A stretch of 64,000 bases of DNA from Eledone cirrhosa (Eukaryota): positions 35,464,001-35,528,000 of the forward strand of contig OZ024757.1 of assembly GCA_964016885.1 (NCBI GenBank), given 5' to 3'. How positions within the stretch are numbered: position 1 is the stretch's first letter; each line of letters starts with the position of its first letter. The notes under the pieces were generated by a model. That model saw only the letters and a program-made list of their open reading frames with translations. It searched no databases and had not been told where the DNA came from. The position numbers and the translations under genes are program-made. Of the stretch, positions 14,225 to 28,219 are shown piece after piece.

Positions 14225-14261
<37 letters not shown>

Positions 14262-14558
14262 ATACTCTTATGGTTGTTGTAGCTGGTGTGGTGGTTGTTG
14301 TCATTGTTATTGTTGACGTGTTTGTTGTTGATGTGGTTGTTATTGTTACTGCGGTTGTTGTTATTATTGTGGCTGTTGCCCTTGGTTGTGATGTCGATGG
14401 TGGTGTTGATGCTGTGTGTGAAGGTACGTAGCCCAGTGGTTAGGGTAGGCTCTTGCCGCCCTCGCGATCTTAAGGTCACGGTTTCAATTCCTGGACTCAG
14501 TTCTGTGTTGTATTCTTGAGGGAGATGCTTCTTTTCTCGTTACCTTTCATGATAAGAC

Positions 14559-15282
14559 TTGGGCCCCTGTCACAGAACCGGGGCCCCTATCATGGGATGG
14601 GACCCCTATCACAGAACTGTGACTACTGTCACAGGACTGAGGCTCCTATCACAGGACTGGGACCACTATCATGGGATGGGACCCCTATCACAGAACTGGG
14701 ACCACTGTCACAGGACTGAGGCTCCTATCACAGGACTGGGACCACTATCATGGGATGGGACCCCTATCACAGAACTGGGACCACTGTCACAGGGACTGAG
14801 GCTCCTATCACAGGACTGGGACCACTATCATGGGATGGGACCCCTATCACAGAACTGGGACCACTGTCACAGGACTGAGGCTCCTATCACAGGACTGGGA
14901 CCACTATCATGGGATGGGACCCCTATCACAGAACTGGGACCACTGTCACAGGACTGAGGCTCCTATCACAGGACTGGGACCACTATCATGGGATGGGACC
15001 CCTATCACAGAACTGGGACCACTGTCACAGGACTGAGGCTCCTATCACAGGACTGGGACCACTATCATGGGATGGGACCCCTATCACAGAACTGGGACCA
15101 CTGTCACAGGACTGAGGCTCCTATCACAGGACTGGGACCCCTATCACAGAACTGGAACCCCTACCATGGGAATGGGGGCCTTATCATAGCACTAAGGCTC
15201 CTATCATAGGACTAAGACCCCTATTATGGGAATGGGGGCCTTATCATAGGACTAAGGGTCCTATCATTGGTCTGGGGCGCCT
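14559..15282. repeat. 79-bp minisatellite built from four ~20-bp monomers
   Basis: gggacccctatcacagaact + gggaccactgtcacaggact + gaggctcctatcacaggact + gggaccactatcatgggat (20+20+20+19), about 7 units with degenerate monomer flanks. Confidence 0.95.
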
Positions 15283-15774
15283 ATGGTAAATCTGAGGGCT
15301 TCAATTACCCGAAACACCTATGAGATACAACCACGAGGGAGGCCAGCTAAACCTACATAGGTGTGAACGGTGTTATAATGACCTGGTAATAAAGGTGTGT
15401 GTGTGTTTGGAGGGTACATGTGTGTAACAACCACCACCACCACCAAAACCACAACTGCAACAACTACTACTACTATTACTACTACTACTACTACTACTAC
15501 AGTAACAATGTACTGCTACCACCACCACAAACACCACTACCAGCACAACAACAACCACTGCAACCCCCATCACTACCACAACAACAACAACAACCACTAC
15601 ACCAACAACAACCACTACAACAACCACCACTACAACAACCACCACTACAACAACAGCAACTACAACAACAACCACTACAACAACAACCACCATTACAACA
15701 ACAACCACTACAACAACAACCACCACTACAACAACAACCACCAGTACAGCATCATCAACAACCACCACCCTACA

Positions 15775-17125
15775 CTCGAAAAATACTGAACAACACCGGA
15801 AAGTTCCACATCAACAGTGACATAGACCGCCTTTACTTGAGACATAGGCAGGGAGGCAGAGGCCTAACATCAGTCCAGACAACATTTGAATGTCGCATCA
15901 TATCTCTCCGACAACATCTGCGAACCTCGAAGCGTAGGAGCCCGCTTCTCGAGCAAGTCTATCTGCATGAAACAGATAGGATCATGAGAGTTGGGAAGGA
16001 ACTCCTTGAGAGATATTCCCTGTGTGATAATCAAAAACTCACACCCAGGGAAGTCGCTCAGCAGTATCGCAGAGAATCCATGGATGAAAAACTGCATGCC
16101 TATCAGCAAAAAATCATGCATGGATATGTTGCCAGGAAGCTCCAAAGTGAGAGTAATATAGATAAAGAAAGTAGTCTATCTTGGACCAACAACTGCTATA
16201 TTGGCTCCACTTTGAAGGATACGCTTTTGCAATCCAAGAACAGGAGATTAGCACGAAATACCTGATTCACAAAAGAGATAGGGATGCAGGCAAAACACCT
16301 AGATGTGATAACAAGTGCAGACTCTGCAGAACTAACATCGAGGATATCACCCATGTCATCAGCAGCTGTTCAAAGATGTCATCGCGGTACTATCTACCTA
16401 TCAGGCATGATGTAGTGGCCAAAACACTGTACAATGCAGTTCGTAAAATAGATAGCCCCGATAATAAACACATTAAAAGCTACAACAATGTGGAAGACAT
16501 CCATATACATAATATGAAAGAGTACTGGTAGAATGTTCCAGTAAAAACTTCAATAAAATGCAGGCATAACAAACCAGATATTATGATATGGGACAGGGAA
16601 AAGAAGGCATGCACAGTAGTGGAAATTAGTTACCCAGCAGATGCCAATATAATATCAAAGATTAGTGAAAAGGAGAATATTTATGCAGAACTGATGAGAA
16701 ATCTGCAGATACTCCACCCTGACTATACCTTCAGATTTATACCTGTGATTATTGGGGCACTGGGGTATGTTAGTAACTGCCTCAATACAGATCTTGAGAA
16801 GCTAGGCTTCGCGGAAACAGAAAGAACACAACTAGTTAGGAAATTACAAGTACAATCCATTAATGGAACAGTAAAAATATATAAAACATTCCAAAAATGT
16901 TGCATCTAATAACTGCATATACACATGTACAGATACAAAGCATATACACATGCACACATACAACTCAAAACATACACATCCACACATACAATAACATCCA
17001 TATCTACACATGCATGCAGACATATCTACCTAGTTGATGTTGTGTAAATTCCAATGAGAGACTCTTGTGTTAGAAACCGACTCTCTTTCTATTGGTAAAA
17101 CTGTGAAATTATAAAACCAGAAGAA
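15775..17125 (+). mobile_element. 5'-truncated R4/Dong-like non-LTR retrotransposon (RLE endonuclease)
   Basis: RLYLRHRQGGRGL, KIMHG, AIQEQ, CCHC knuckle CRLCRTNIEDITHVISSC, RHD, KPDIMIWD...VVEISYP and PVIIGALG. Frameshift near 16205 and in-frame TAG at 16529. The 3' UTR runs into (CATA)n. Confidence 0.88.
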
Positions 17126-17175
17126 CGTACATACAGGCACACATACATACATACATACAGGCACACACACATACA

Positions 17176-17207
<32 letters not shown>

Positions 17208-18463
17208 CACACACACACACACACACATACACACACACATACATACATACATACACACATACATACATACATACATACACACATACATACATACATACAT
17301 ACATACATACATACATACATACATACATACATACATACAGGTACACATACATACAGGTACACATACATACATACATACAGGTACACATACATACATACAT
17401 ACATACATACATACATACTACAGGCACACATACCTACATACATAGTCACACACACATACATACATACATACATACATACAGGTACACATACATACATACA
17501 GGTACACATACATACATACATACAGGTACACTTACATACATATATGCATACATACATACATACATACATACATACATACATACATACATACATACACAAA
17601 CATACAGATAGATATATATCTAGTTAAATGTTTGTTGCCTGGCTACATTAATGGTCTGTGTGGTGTGGATGGTGTGGGGGTGGGGGGTGGGGGTAGATGG
17701 GGTAGGTGGTGTGAGTGGGGTATGTGGAGTAGGTGGTGTGGAGTTTGAGCGTGGGTGGTGAATGTGGAGGTGTAGCGTGGGGGAGGGATAGAATAAAATG
17801 TATGATAGTTTCGATAGTGTGGAGTGGTGTGTGTTTGTGATAGTGTGTGTGTGGTGGTGTGTGTGGTAGTTGTATGTGTGGTGTTATGTTGTGGTAGTGG
17901 TGGTGGTGTGGAGTGTCATAGTGTATGTGTGTGTGGTAATGTATGTGGTGCAGTGTATTTGTGTCGGTGGTAGTGTGTGTGGTTGTGTGATGTGGTGTGG
18001 TGGTGAAGTCCTGTGTGGTAGTGTGCGTTGCAGTGTTTGTGTGTGTGTGTGTGTGTGTGTGGTAGTGTGTAAGTGGTGTGGGGGTGAGGCGTTGTGTGAT
18101 GGTATGTATGCGTGTGGTGGTGTGCCGGGTGGGGGGTGCCTAGCTAGAGGAGGTGTGTGGTGAGGTGTCGGGGTGGGGGTGGGGGGTGACTAGATAGAGG
18201 ACGTGTGTGGTGGGGTGTCGGGGTGGGGTGTGCCTAGCTCGATAGGGGTTTTGTTTCGGTGACGTCTCAGTGGCCTCCTCTAAGTTTCCTAAAGAATATT
18301 TCCACGTCGTTGGACATCGGTCAGGTTTTGTTATGAGAGGATTCTGGAACCCAACATGGCGGAACAGCATTCTTTCCTGTGTCTGTCAAAGACTTGGCTC
18401 AAACCGATTACCCCGCTTACTCGCATGGAAAATACCACCATATATATATATATATATACACAT

Positions 18464-18498
<35 letters not shown>

Positions 18499-19734
18499 CA
18501 CAAACACATGTATATATATATATATAGATATATACATATATATATATATAAGTACATTTATATATATGTATATATCTACATTTACTTACAAATACATACA
18601 CACATATATACACAGATACACAATTGCATGGGAAATACCTCCCGTACTTACACACACACACGAAGCATACGTACACTACACACACACATACGTGTACACA
18701 CACAAATACAAGCATATACGTGCACACACATTACGCACACATATGCTTGTGTATATAGACATACAAGCATGCATATTCTCATACAAACACGCACACACAT
18801 AAATACTTATATGTATGTAGACACACATATCGTCGCCGGAACACCAAAGACAATGTGTTGAATCTGACACACGTGACCTATGACTACACACCTCTCAGCT
18901 CTGACCTCTCAACTCTGACCTTCACTGAGAACCGTGTTACGTATAGGTAACCGCCACACCACTGAGATCACAGTTCCCATACTATGGGCATGTAATTATT
19001 TCGTAGAAGTATAAACAGACTCACTAACTACTTAATGAACACAACTACAAGGATATGGTCCGAACGTGGAAGAGCCGAACTCCCACTGTCATTGCCTCCA
19101 TCTCTCCATATGGTGAGCAAATGGGGTCCCACGTGCTGGCCTCCCCACTGCCCCGGCGGACAGAATGGAGAAGGCGTTTCCCCGGAGGATGGTAAGGGAG
19201 ATGCGCTGGAAGAGCCATTCCAACTGGCGAGTTGTAACTAGAATGTCTTAAGGAAAGACGCGCTGGTCAGATTTTACGGGCAAAACCAACTGGCATGACA
19301 CCTAGAAGTAGAACCCGAGCAAGATGGATGGATAATATTAATGAGCTCAAGAATCCCTACATAGATTTTGACGGGTAAAACCAACCGACAGGAGATCTAG
19401 GGCTAGACCTCGAACAAGCAAGATGGTTGGATAACGTCTCTGATTTCGGCTGGTCTCGTTTGGGGATCTAGTCGGGTTAATTGGATACGGTTGCTTCTGG
19501 CAGGAACCGAAGGAATACGTGCATTGGAATCTGCTACAGAAGAAGAAGAAGAAGAAGAAGAAGAAGAAGAAGAAGAATTTGGTCGTTATTTTGCTCTTAG
19601 TGCTTCGTTGGTGCTCGTTTTGTTGTGTTCATCCCCCACTTCTATTTCCGTTGCTATTGCGTCATATGATGTGTATCCTCCTTGCTGTTCGGATCCTTTA
19701 AAAATACTTTATTCACACACACATATATATTATT

Positions 19735-19770
<36 letters not shown>

Positions 19771-19917
19771 ATATTAAGGGTGGATTCCATACGGGGATCA
19801 GGAATTGACTCTAGCGAAAAAAAGGTGCTCAATATGTTGCTATGTTCTAGTCCTGTAGAAAAGAACAATGTGTGTGTCCTTCCTCTCCTCGATTAATGCC
19901 CCACCACCCGAGCCTTC

Positions 19918-20004
<87 letters not shown>

Positions 20005-20217
20005 ACAAACCCTCCATCTCAATACTACTTTTGAAAAGCAGAAGAACTGTGAAACCGGCAAAGGAAACAAATAAATATTCTTAAAAAGACTCCAGTTGCA
20101 TTTTCGATTTCTTTTCCTTATACTTTCACTCGTGCAGGACATAAAAAATCCCAATTTTCTATGTGTGTGTGTGTGTGCGTGCGCGTGCGTGCGTGTGTGT
20201 GTGTCTCTGTCTGTGTT

Positions 20218-20248
<31 letters not shown>

Positions 20249-20757
20249 CTTAACGAAAAACTTCCTTTGGTGGGAAATAAGCTAGACCGGCTAAAGTAAG
20301 GGTTTTAATTATACAGTTCCTGGGCCATTGCTTCTGTAACTCAAGAAACAACACCAATCACTCCAAGCTATTAGAATAACCAATATTGGAAGAATTTCAG
20401 TTCCTTCATCAGGGGGAGATTTGTCACTTTGGAATAAGAGGACAATGTGTATACAGATCACACACAGCATGTCGTCGCCAGACCGTATGGTGAACAACGT
20501 GTTGCATCACTGGATTACTGTATGAATATATCCCACTCAATGAATATGACAGGCTTATATTGATGCTAGAAATAGCAGCTAAGACCGTCTAAATCAGCTC
20601 AACAATGATGGAGCAGTTAATATTAGTTAATGTGGAAAATGGACGTTAAACGACGATGATGATGACGATGGAGGTTAACTGTCTCAAATACCTAAACATC
20701 CCAATGAAATGATATGCACCACACACACAAACACACACATATATATATATATATATG

Positions 20758-20806
<49 letters not shown>

Positions 20807-21270
20807 TATATACACACTTTGTGTGTGTCTGTGTGTGGTTAAAGAGCACACAATACGGAGTCATGACAAGCTTTACGTTTTGCTTGGTAAAAAAAACAGT
20901 ATCATCTGCAATTCCTCCATATTGGATTAACGTGTCACTAACTTGATACAAACATTTTTCTTCATTTGCCTTTTTTTTTTCCACCACACACAAAACATGT
21001 ACTAATGTTTGTATACATACATACATACATACATACATACATACATACACACATACACATATAGATACATACATACATACATACACACATACACACACAC
21101 ATACATACATACATTTATATATATATATATATATATATAATGTAAGTATATGTGTATATTTCTATATATATTTGTATGTGTGTGTATATATATATATATG
21201 TAAGTGTGTGTGTGTGTGCATCTGTGTATATATGTACGTCTATGTATGTATCTATCTATGTGTGTATGTG

Positions 21271-21302
<32 letters not shown>

Positions 21303-21371
21303 TAAACATATATTTTTCTTTTACTGATTTCAATCCTTGGATTTTTGACATGTTGGGACATCACTTCACAT

Positions 21372-21443
<72 letters not shown>

Positions 21444-21554
21444 AAAACTGTTTACAGAGACTTCCTTTTCTTTTGATTATTCAATGCAGTAGAGTTTACA
21501 TGACATACACATACACACATGTAGATATATATATTTCTATATGAAATATATATG

Positions 21555-21614
<60 letters not shown>

Positions 21615-21646
21615 ATATATATATATGAAATATATATATATATACG

Positions 21647-21728
<82 letters not shown>

Positions 21729-21840
21729 TATATATATATATATATATAGATATATATATATATATATACTGCGATGGAGAGACTTAAATACATGATGGAT
21801 AAACAGATAGATAGAAAGATAGATAGACGGATAGATAGAT

Positions 21841-22595
21841 TTCTTTCTTTTTTGCCACAAGGGCGTACAAGAAATGGGACGTTACAAGACGAGGTTTGAC
21901 ATAAAAATTGTGTAAACTTTAACATTAATAAATTGAAATAAACTATATATTAAAGTAAAATAACAATCGAAATCCCCAAAAGGAGGGAACGTTACTGTGG
22001 GGTTGTTTTACATCCCTTAGATAGAACAACCCCTCAACACCAGGTGCACGTTTTGTAGGTGTTCCCGTCTTCCATCTGTTTGTCTTCCTCAACCTACAGG
22101 TTTATATACAGAGAAGGCCCATTTACTCGGGCCATTTTCGCCATATGCACCCAACTTTCAGCGAATTTACTGGGGTGCAGCACCCCTTTCTCTAATCTCA
22201 CCATCCTTCAGAAGTGGCATTTAAAGAAGGGGATGAGTTATTGTCCGGAGAGGAAGGTGTTTGCCCTCAGTCCATTCAACTTCGTCCACCATATTACCTC
22301 TATCACCATAGCCACCAGACAGAGGAAAACCGCCTCTTCTTCGTTCTTAAATGAAGGCGGCGACGTGACCCCTCACGATGGACTCGGCTGTCAACTGGAT
22401 TTGTCCCACACGTGACAGTAGCTGTTCGACATAATTCCATAGGTCGGTCACCCCTGGGCACTGAACAATTGCATACAGAACGGTTTCAATGTCCTGCTCG
22501 TATCTTGGACAGGTCCCTTTGGCAGGATCCCTGCCAGGGTGTGCCTGTAGATCTTGTCTCGAACTGGTAGAGTTCCTCGGTAGTAATAACACTAT
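21841..22595 (-). mobile_element. L1/Tx1-like LINE 3' end, same family as 34666-35495
   Basis: TCPRYEQDIETVLYAIVQCPGVTDLWNY and a homologous 3' UTR ending at (GATA)n. Confidence 0.8.
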
Positions 22596-22675
22596 GTACC
22601 ATTGACTCCTGCGTTTGTTTGTTTGTTACTTTGAAAACAATATATATACACTAAATGTAATCTGAGTTTTTTGAA

Positions 22676-23459
22676 TATTAATAATAACATTCGATTTGCT
22701 ATGTCTGTCACCCTAAAACTCGAGAACCACGATTTTTTTCAAACTTTACACATGTCCTGCGAGTGTTTTGAGCAAAAAAGTTTCAAATTTTCAATGCCCG
22801 AGGGATATATTTTAGGCTTTAAAGGCTTTTTTGAGGCATAACGGAACAATAAACCAGGCGATTTCTTCAAAATGTGCATTACTTATGTCGTTTAAAGTGT
22901 TTTGAGCAAAAAAGATTTTCTCATTTTTTGCCCCAGGGACCGCATGAGGCGAAAAACCGATTGCTAAAGGCATTTTGGTTACGTTAGGGCCTGTAACTCG
23001 AGAAGTATCCAACCGATTTTTTAAAACGTTGCATATGCATTACTTATGTTTCACAAATTTTCTTGACTGAAAAAGATTTCAAATTTTTGCCCGGGGACCT
23101 GTAACCTTAAAAGTATCCAACTAAATTCCTTCATGCTCTCCACTACTGCAGTCCCACATGCTTACTGCTCTGTAACTATTGCTTTCATTGTACCATAACA
23201 ACAAATATATGTTCGATTTGTCGAATGCATTTTTACTTAACCCTATCGTCTTGGCTTTCGTGGGTTGAACATTTTACTCTCAGGCACCCAATTAAGTTAA
23301 ACTCCTGGTAATCTACGACGATTTTTTTTTATAAGCACAAAATGTAGACACCATCCCCAGGCCGAGGTATTCCGTACTTCTCCGTACTGTTTCAGAAAGG
23401 AGGGATAAACACGCCAATCTATGTTTAGAATCCCGAGCAACGCCAGGCCATTCTGCTAG
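22676..23459 (+). mobile_element. Non-autonomous Helitron-like element
   Basis: 3' hairpin cccgagcaacgccagg followed by CTAG|T, a 5' subterminal tgtctgtc and internal degenerate repeats. The 5' boundary is uncertain. Confidence 0.6.
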
Positions 23460-23470
23460 TAATATAATAT

Positions 23471-23778
23471 AATTGTTTCTACTTTTGGCACAATTACCCA
23501 GTGTATTACTGGTACTTTATTTTATCGACCCCGTAAGGATGAAAGGCAAAGTTAACCTCGGCGGGATTTGAACTCAGAACATAAAGGGCCGTAACTCTTT
23601 GCTGCAAAGCATGGTGTCCGACCCTCTACCGATACTGCCAAACCGCCGCCCCTAATATAATATAATATAATTGTTTCTACTTTTGGCACAAGGCCAGCAA
23701 TTACCCAGTACATTACTGGTACTTTATTTTATCGACCCCGTAAGGATGAAAGGCAAAGTTAACCTCGGCGGGATTTGA
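23471..23778 (-). mobile_element. Two tandem SINE copies, same family
   Basis: Same core, separated by (TAATA)n. Confidence 0.8.
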
Positions 23779-23991
23779 AAATGATAAGAACAAGGATTCA
23801 GTGTTGCCTCATACCATATTTAATCACATATTACATATGTTTCACTATCGATCAGCTCGAGGCAAGATCTATTATAGATCGAACCTGACTCTGTAATCGA
23901 AAGGTCGTCAGATATGTTTAGTATATGAGTTCGTCTGCGATTCTATATATATATGTATTGTATATGTATTTATTGAGGTACCATTGGGGAA

Positions 23992-24310
23992 AGGTGCCTG
24001 GCTTAGTGGTCAGGCTGTTTTGTTTGCAATTGTAAGGCCGTGTGTTGGATTACCCGTGACGCATTTTCTCCTTGAGCAAGTCACTTTATTTCACATTGCT
24101 TAAATTTTGGGGGTTGTTCTTGTAAATCAAATAACCAACTTTGTAACTGTCTGTTTTATGCTGAATCTCCCTGCGATCTATTGTAAAAATACATGTGTCT
24201 GCGGAATACTCAGCCACTGCATGTCAGTTTGGCGATCAACTGGAAAGGTCGCCGTTAATACTGACAAAGGTCCAAAAAGAATAATGAAAATTTGTGGGTG
24301 TATGTATCAC
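23992..24310 (+). mobile_element. CORE-type tRNA SINE (relatives at 14425-14530 +, 43620-43812 -, 60808-61030 +)
   Basis: A-box TGGCTTAGTGG and CORE-like CCTTGAGCAAG.CACTT...TTTCACATTGCT. Confidence 0.65.
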
Positions 24311-24458
24311 TATAGAGATGTATGTAAATTGACATGTGTATGTGTGCATGCGTCCGTGTGTGTATGTGAGTGCATATGTGTGTGCGTGAATTTGTATGTG
24401 TGTGTGTGTCTTTCTCTGCGTATATGTGTAGACATTTGTGTATGTTTGTTTCCGACTA

Positions 24459-24519
<61 letters not shown>

Positions 24520-24538
24520 TATATTAACAAATGGAAAC

Positions 24539-24583
<45 letters not shown>

Positions 24584-24760
24584 AATATTGTATATGTATG
24601 TATATATATATGTATGTATATATTATATATATATATGTATGTATGTATGTATATATTATGTATGTATGTATATATTATATATATATGTATGTATATATTA
24701 TATATATATGTATGTATATATTATATTATATATATGTATATATTATATGTATGTATGTAG

Positions 24761-24793
<33 letters not shown>

Positions 24794-24875
24794 AATATAC
24801 ATACATACATATATATGTATGTATGTATATTATATATATATATGTATGTATAATATACATACATACATATATATG

Positions 24876-24908
<33 letters not shown>

Positions 24909-24991
24909 GTATATTTTATGTATATATATGTATGTATATTTTATGTATATATATGTATGTATATTTTATGTATATATATGTATGTATATGT

Positions 24992-25029
<38 letters not shown>

Positions 25030-25171
25030 AAAGTAATTTCACGCTGGTGACCACGTTCTCTATGTTGTTATCAAAGGAAATTACAATGAATAACTAATCA
25101 TGAAAATGTAAGGGGAACCCGATTAGAGTCTGTTAGACAGGGTTACACTGATACAGGGACATTTGGTTGGC

Positions 25172-28145
25172 TGTAGACAGTAGCATGGCACAGAGCTTGG
25201 CGGCACAGTGGCCTGTGTGTAGACAGTAGTATGGCACAGAGCATGGCGGCACAGTGGCCTGTGTAGACAGTAGCATGGCACAGAGCTTGGCGGCACAGTG
25301 GCCTGTGTAGACAGTAGCATGGCACAGTGGCCTGTGTAGACAGTAGTATGGCACAGAGCTTGGCGGCACAGTGGGCTGTGTGTAGACAGTAGTATGGCAC
25401 AGAGCTTGGCGGCACAGTGGGCTGTGTGTAGACAGTAGTATGGCACAGAGCATGGCGGCACAGTGGCCTGTGTGTAGACAGTAGTATGGCACAGAGCTTG
25501 GCGGCACAGTGGGCTGTGTGTAGACAGTAGTATGGCACAGAGCTTGGCGGCACAGTGGGCTGTGTGTAGACAGTAGTATGGCACAGAGCTTGGCGGCACA
25601 GTGGGCTGTGTGTAGACAGTAGTATGGCACAGAGCTTGGCGGCACAGTGGGCTGTGTGTAGACAGTAGTATGGCACAGAGCATGGCGGCACAGTGGCCTG
25701 TGTAGACAGTAGCATGGCACAGAGCTTGGCGGCACAGTGGCCTGTGTGTAGACAGTAGTATGGCACAGAGCTTGGCGGCACAGTGGCCTGTGTAGACAGT
25801 AGTATGGCACAGAGCATGGCGGCACAGTGGCCTGTGTGGGGATTGTAGTAGCTTGTGTGTAGACAGTAGTATGGCACAGAGCATGGCTGGACAGTGGCCT
25901 GTGTGGGGATTGTAGTATGGCACAGAGCTTGGCGGCACAGTGGCCTGTGTAGACAGTAGCATGGCACAGAGCTTGGCGGCACAGTGGCCTGTGTAGACAG
26001 TAGCATGGCACAGAGCATGGCTGGACAGTGGCCTGTGTAGACAGTAGTATGGCACAGAGCATGGCGGCACAGTGGATTGTGTGTAGACAGTAGTATGGCA
26101 CAGAGCATGGCGGCACAGTGGCCTGTGTGTAGACAGTAGCATGGCACAGAGCATGGCTGGACAGTGGCCTGTGTGTAGACAGTAGTATGGCACAGAGCAT
26201 AGCGGCACAGTGGCCTGTGTAGACAGTAGTATGGCACAGAGCATGGCGGCACAGTGGCCTGTGTGTAGACAGTAGTATGGCACAGAGCATGGCGGCACAG
26301 TGGCCTGTGTAGACAGTAGTATGGCACAGAGCATGGCGGCACAGTGGCCTGTGTAGACAGTAGTATGGCACAGAGCATTGTGGCACAGTGGCCTGTGTGT
26401 AGACAGTAGTATGGCACAGAGCATGGCGGCACAGTGGCCTGTGTGTAGACAGTAGTATGGCACAGAGCATGGCGGCACAGTGGCCTGTGTAGACAGTAGC
26501 ATGGCACAGTGGCCTGTGTAGACAGTAGTATGGCACAGGGCATGGCGGCACAGTGGCCTGTGTGTAGACAGTAGTATGGCACAGAGCATGGCGGCACAGT
26601 GGCCTGTGTGTAGACAGTAGTATGGCACAGAGCATTGTGGCACAGTGGCCTGTGTGTAGACAGTAGTATGGCACAGAGCATGGCGGCACAGTGGCCTGTG
26701 TGTAGACAGTAGTATGGCACAGAGCATGGCGGCACAGTGGCCTGTGTGTAGACAGTAGTATGGCACAGAGCATGGCGGCACAGTGGCCTGTGTGTAGACA
26801 GTAGTATGGCACAGAGCATTGTGGCACAGTGGCCTGTGTGTAGACAGTAGTATGGCACAGAGCATGGCGGCACAGTGGCCTGTGTGTAGACAGTAGTATG
26901 GCACAGAGCATGGCGGCACAGTGGCCTGTGTGTAGACAGTAGTATGGCACAGAGCATGGCGGCACAGTGGCCTGTGTGTAGACAGTAGCATGGCACAGAG
27001 CATGGCGGCACAGTGGCCTGTGTGTAGACAGTAGTATGGCACAGAGCATGGCGGCACAGTGGCCTGTGTGTAGACAGTAGTATGGCACAGAGCATGGCGG
27101 CACAGTGGCCTGTGTGTAGACAGTAGTATGGCACAGAGCATGGCGGCACAGTGGCCTGTGTGTAGACAGTAGTATGGCACAGAGCATGGCGGCACAGTGG
27201 CCTGTGTGTAGACAGTAGTATGGCACAGAGCATTGTGGCACAGTGGCCTGTGTGTAGACAGTAGTATGGCACAGAGCATGGCGGCACAGTGGCCTGTGTG
27301 TAGACAGTAGTATGGCACAGAGCATGGCGGCACAGTGGCCTGTGTGTAGACAGTAGTATGGCACAGAGCATGGCGGCACAGTGGCCTGTGTGTAGACAGT
27401 AGTATGGCACAGAGCATGGCGGCACAGTGGCCTGTGTGTAGACAGTAGTATGGCACAGAGCATTGTGGCACAGTGGCCTGTGTGTAGACAGTAGTATGGC
27501 ACAGAGCATGGCGGCACAGTGGCCTGTGTGTAGACAGTAGTATGGCACAGAGCATGGCGGCACAGTGGCCTGTGTGTAGACAGTAGTATGGCACAGAGCA
27601 TGGCGGCACAGTGGCCTGTGTGTAGACAGTAGTATGGCACAGAGCATGGCGGCACAGTGGCCTGTGTGTAGACAGTAGTATGGCACAGAGCATGGCGGCA
27701 CAGTGGCCTGTGTGTAGACAGTAGTATGGCACAGAGCATGGCGGCACAGTGGCCTGTGTGTAGACAGTAGTATGGCACAGAGCATGGCGGCACAGTGGCC
27801 TGTGTGTAGACAGTAGTATGGCACAGAGCATGGCGGCACAGTGGCCTGTGTGTAGACAGTAGTATGGCACAGAGCATGGCGGCACAGTGGCCTGTGTGTA
27901 GACAGTAGCATGGCACAGAGCATGGCGGCACAGTGGCCTGTGTGTAGACAGTAGTATGGCACAGAGCATGGCGGCACAGTGGCCTGTGTGTAGACAGTAG
28001 TATGGCACAGAGCATGGCGGCACAGTGGCCTGTGTGTAGACAGTAGTATGGCACAGAGCATGGCGGCACAGTGGCCTGTGTGTAGACAGTAGTATGGCAC
28101 AGAGCATGGCGGCACAGTGGCCTGTGTGTAGACAGTAGTATGGCA
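25172..28145. repeat. 46-bp tandem satellite, about 65 units
   Basis: Unit GTAGACAGTAGTATGGCACAGAGCATGGCGGCACAGTGGCCTGTGT. 44-bp and other variants occur at the left end; the right half is near-perfect. Confidence 0.97.
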
Positions 28146-28219
28146 TATGGCGCAGCACCACTGGTTGTGCTGTTGTTGTTCTTCTTCTTCTTGGTTATGA
28201 TGATGACGGTAGTAGCGAT

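Noticed and set aside
14425-14495. tRNA gene
   Set aside because: It has A and B boxes but no cloverleaf, and runs into a SINE CORE-like segment.
25172-28145. CRISPR-like array
   Set aside because: Contiguous tandem units with no unique spacers, in a eukaryotic context.
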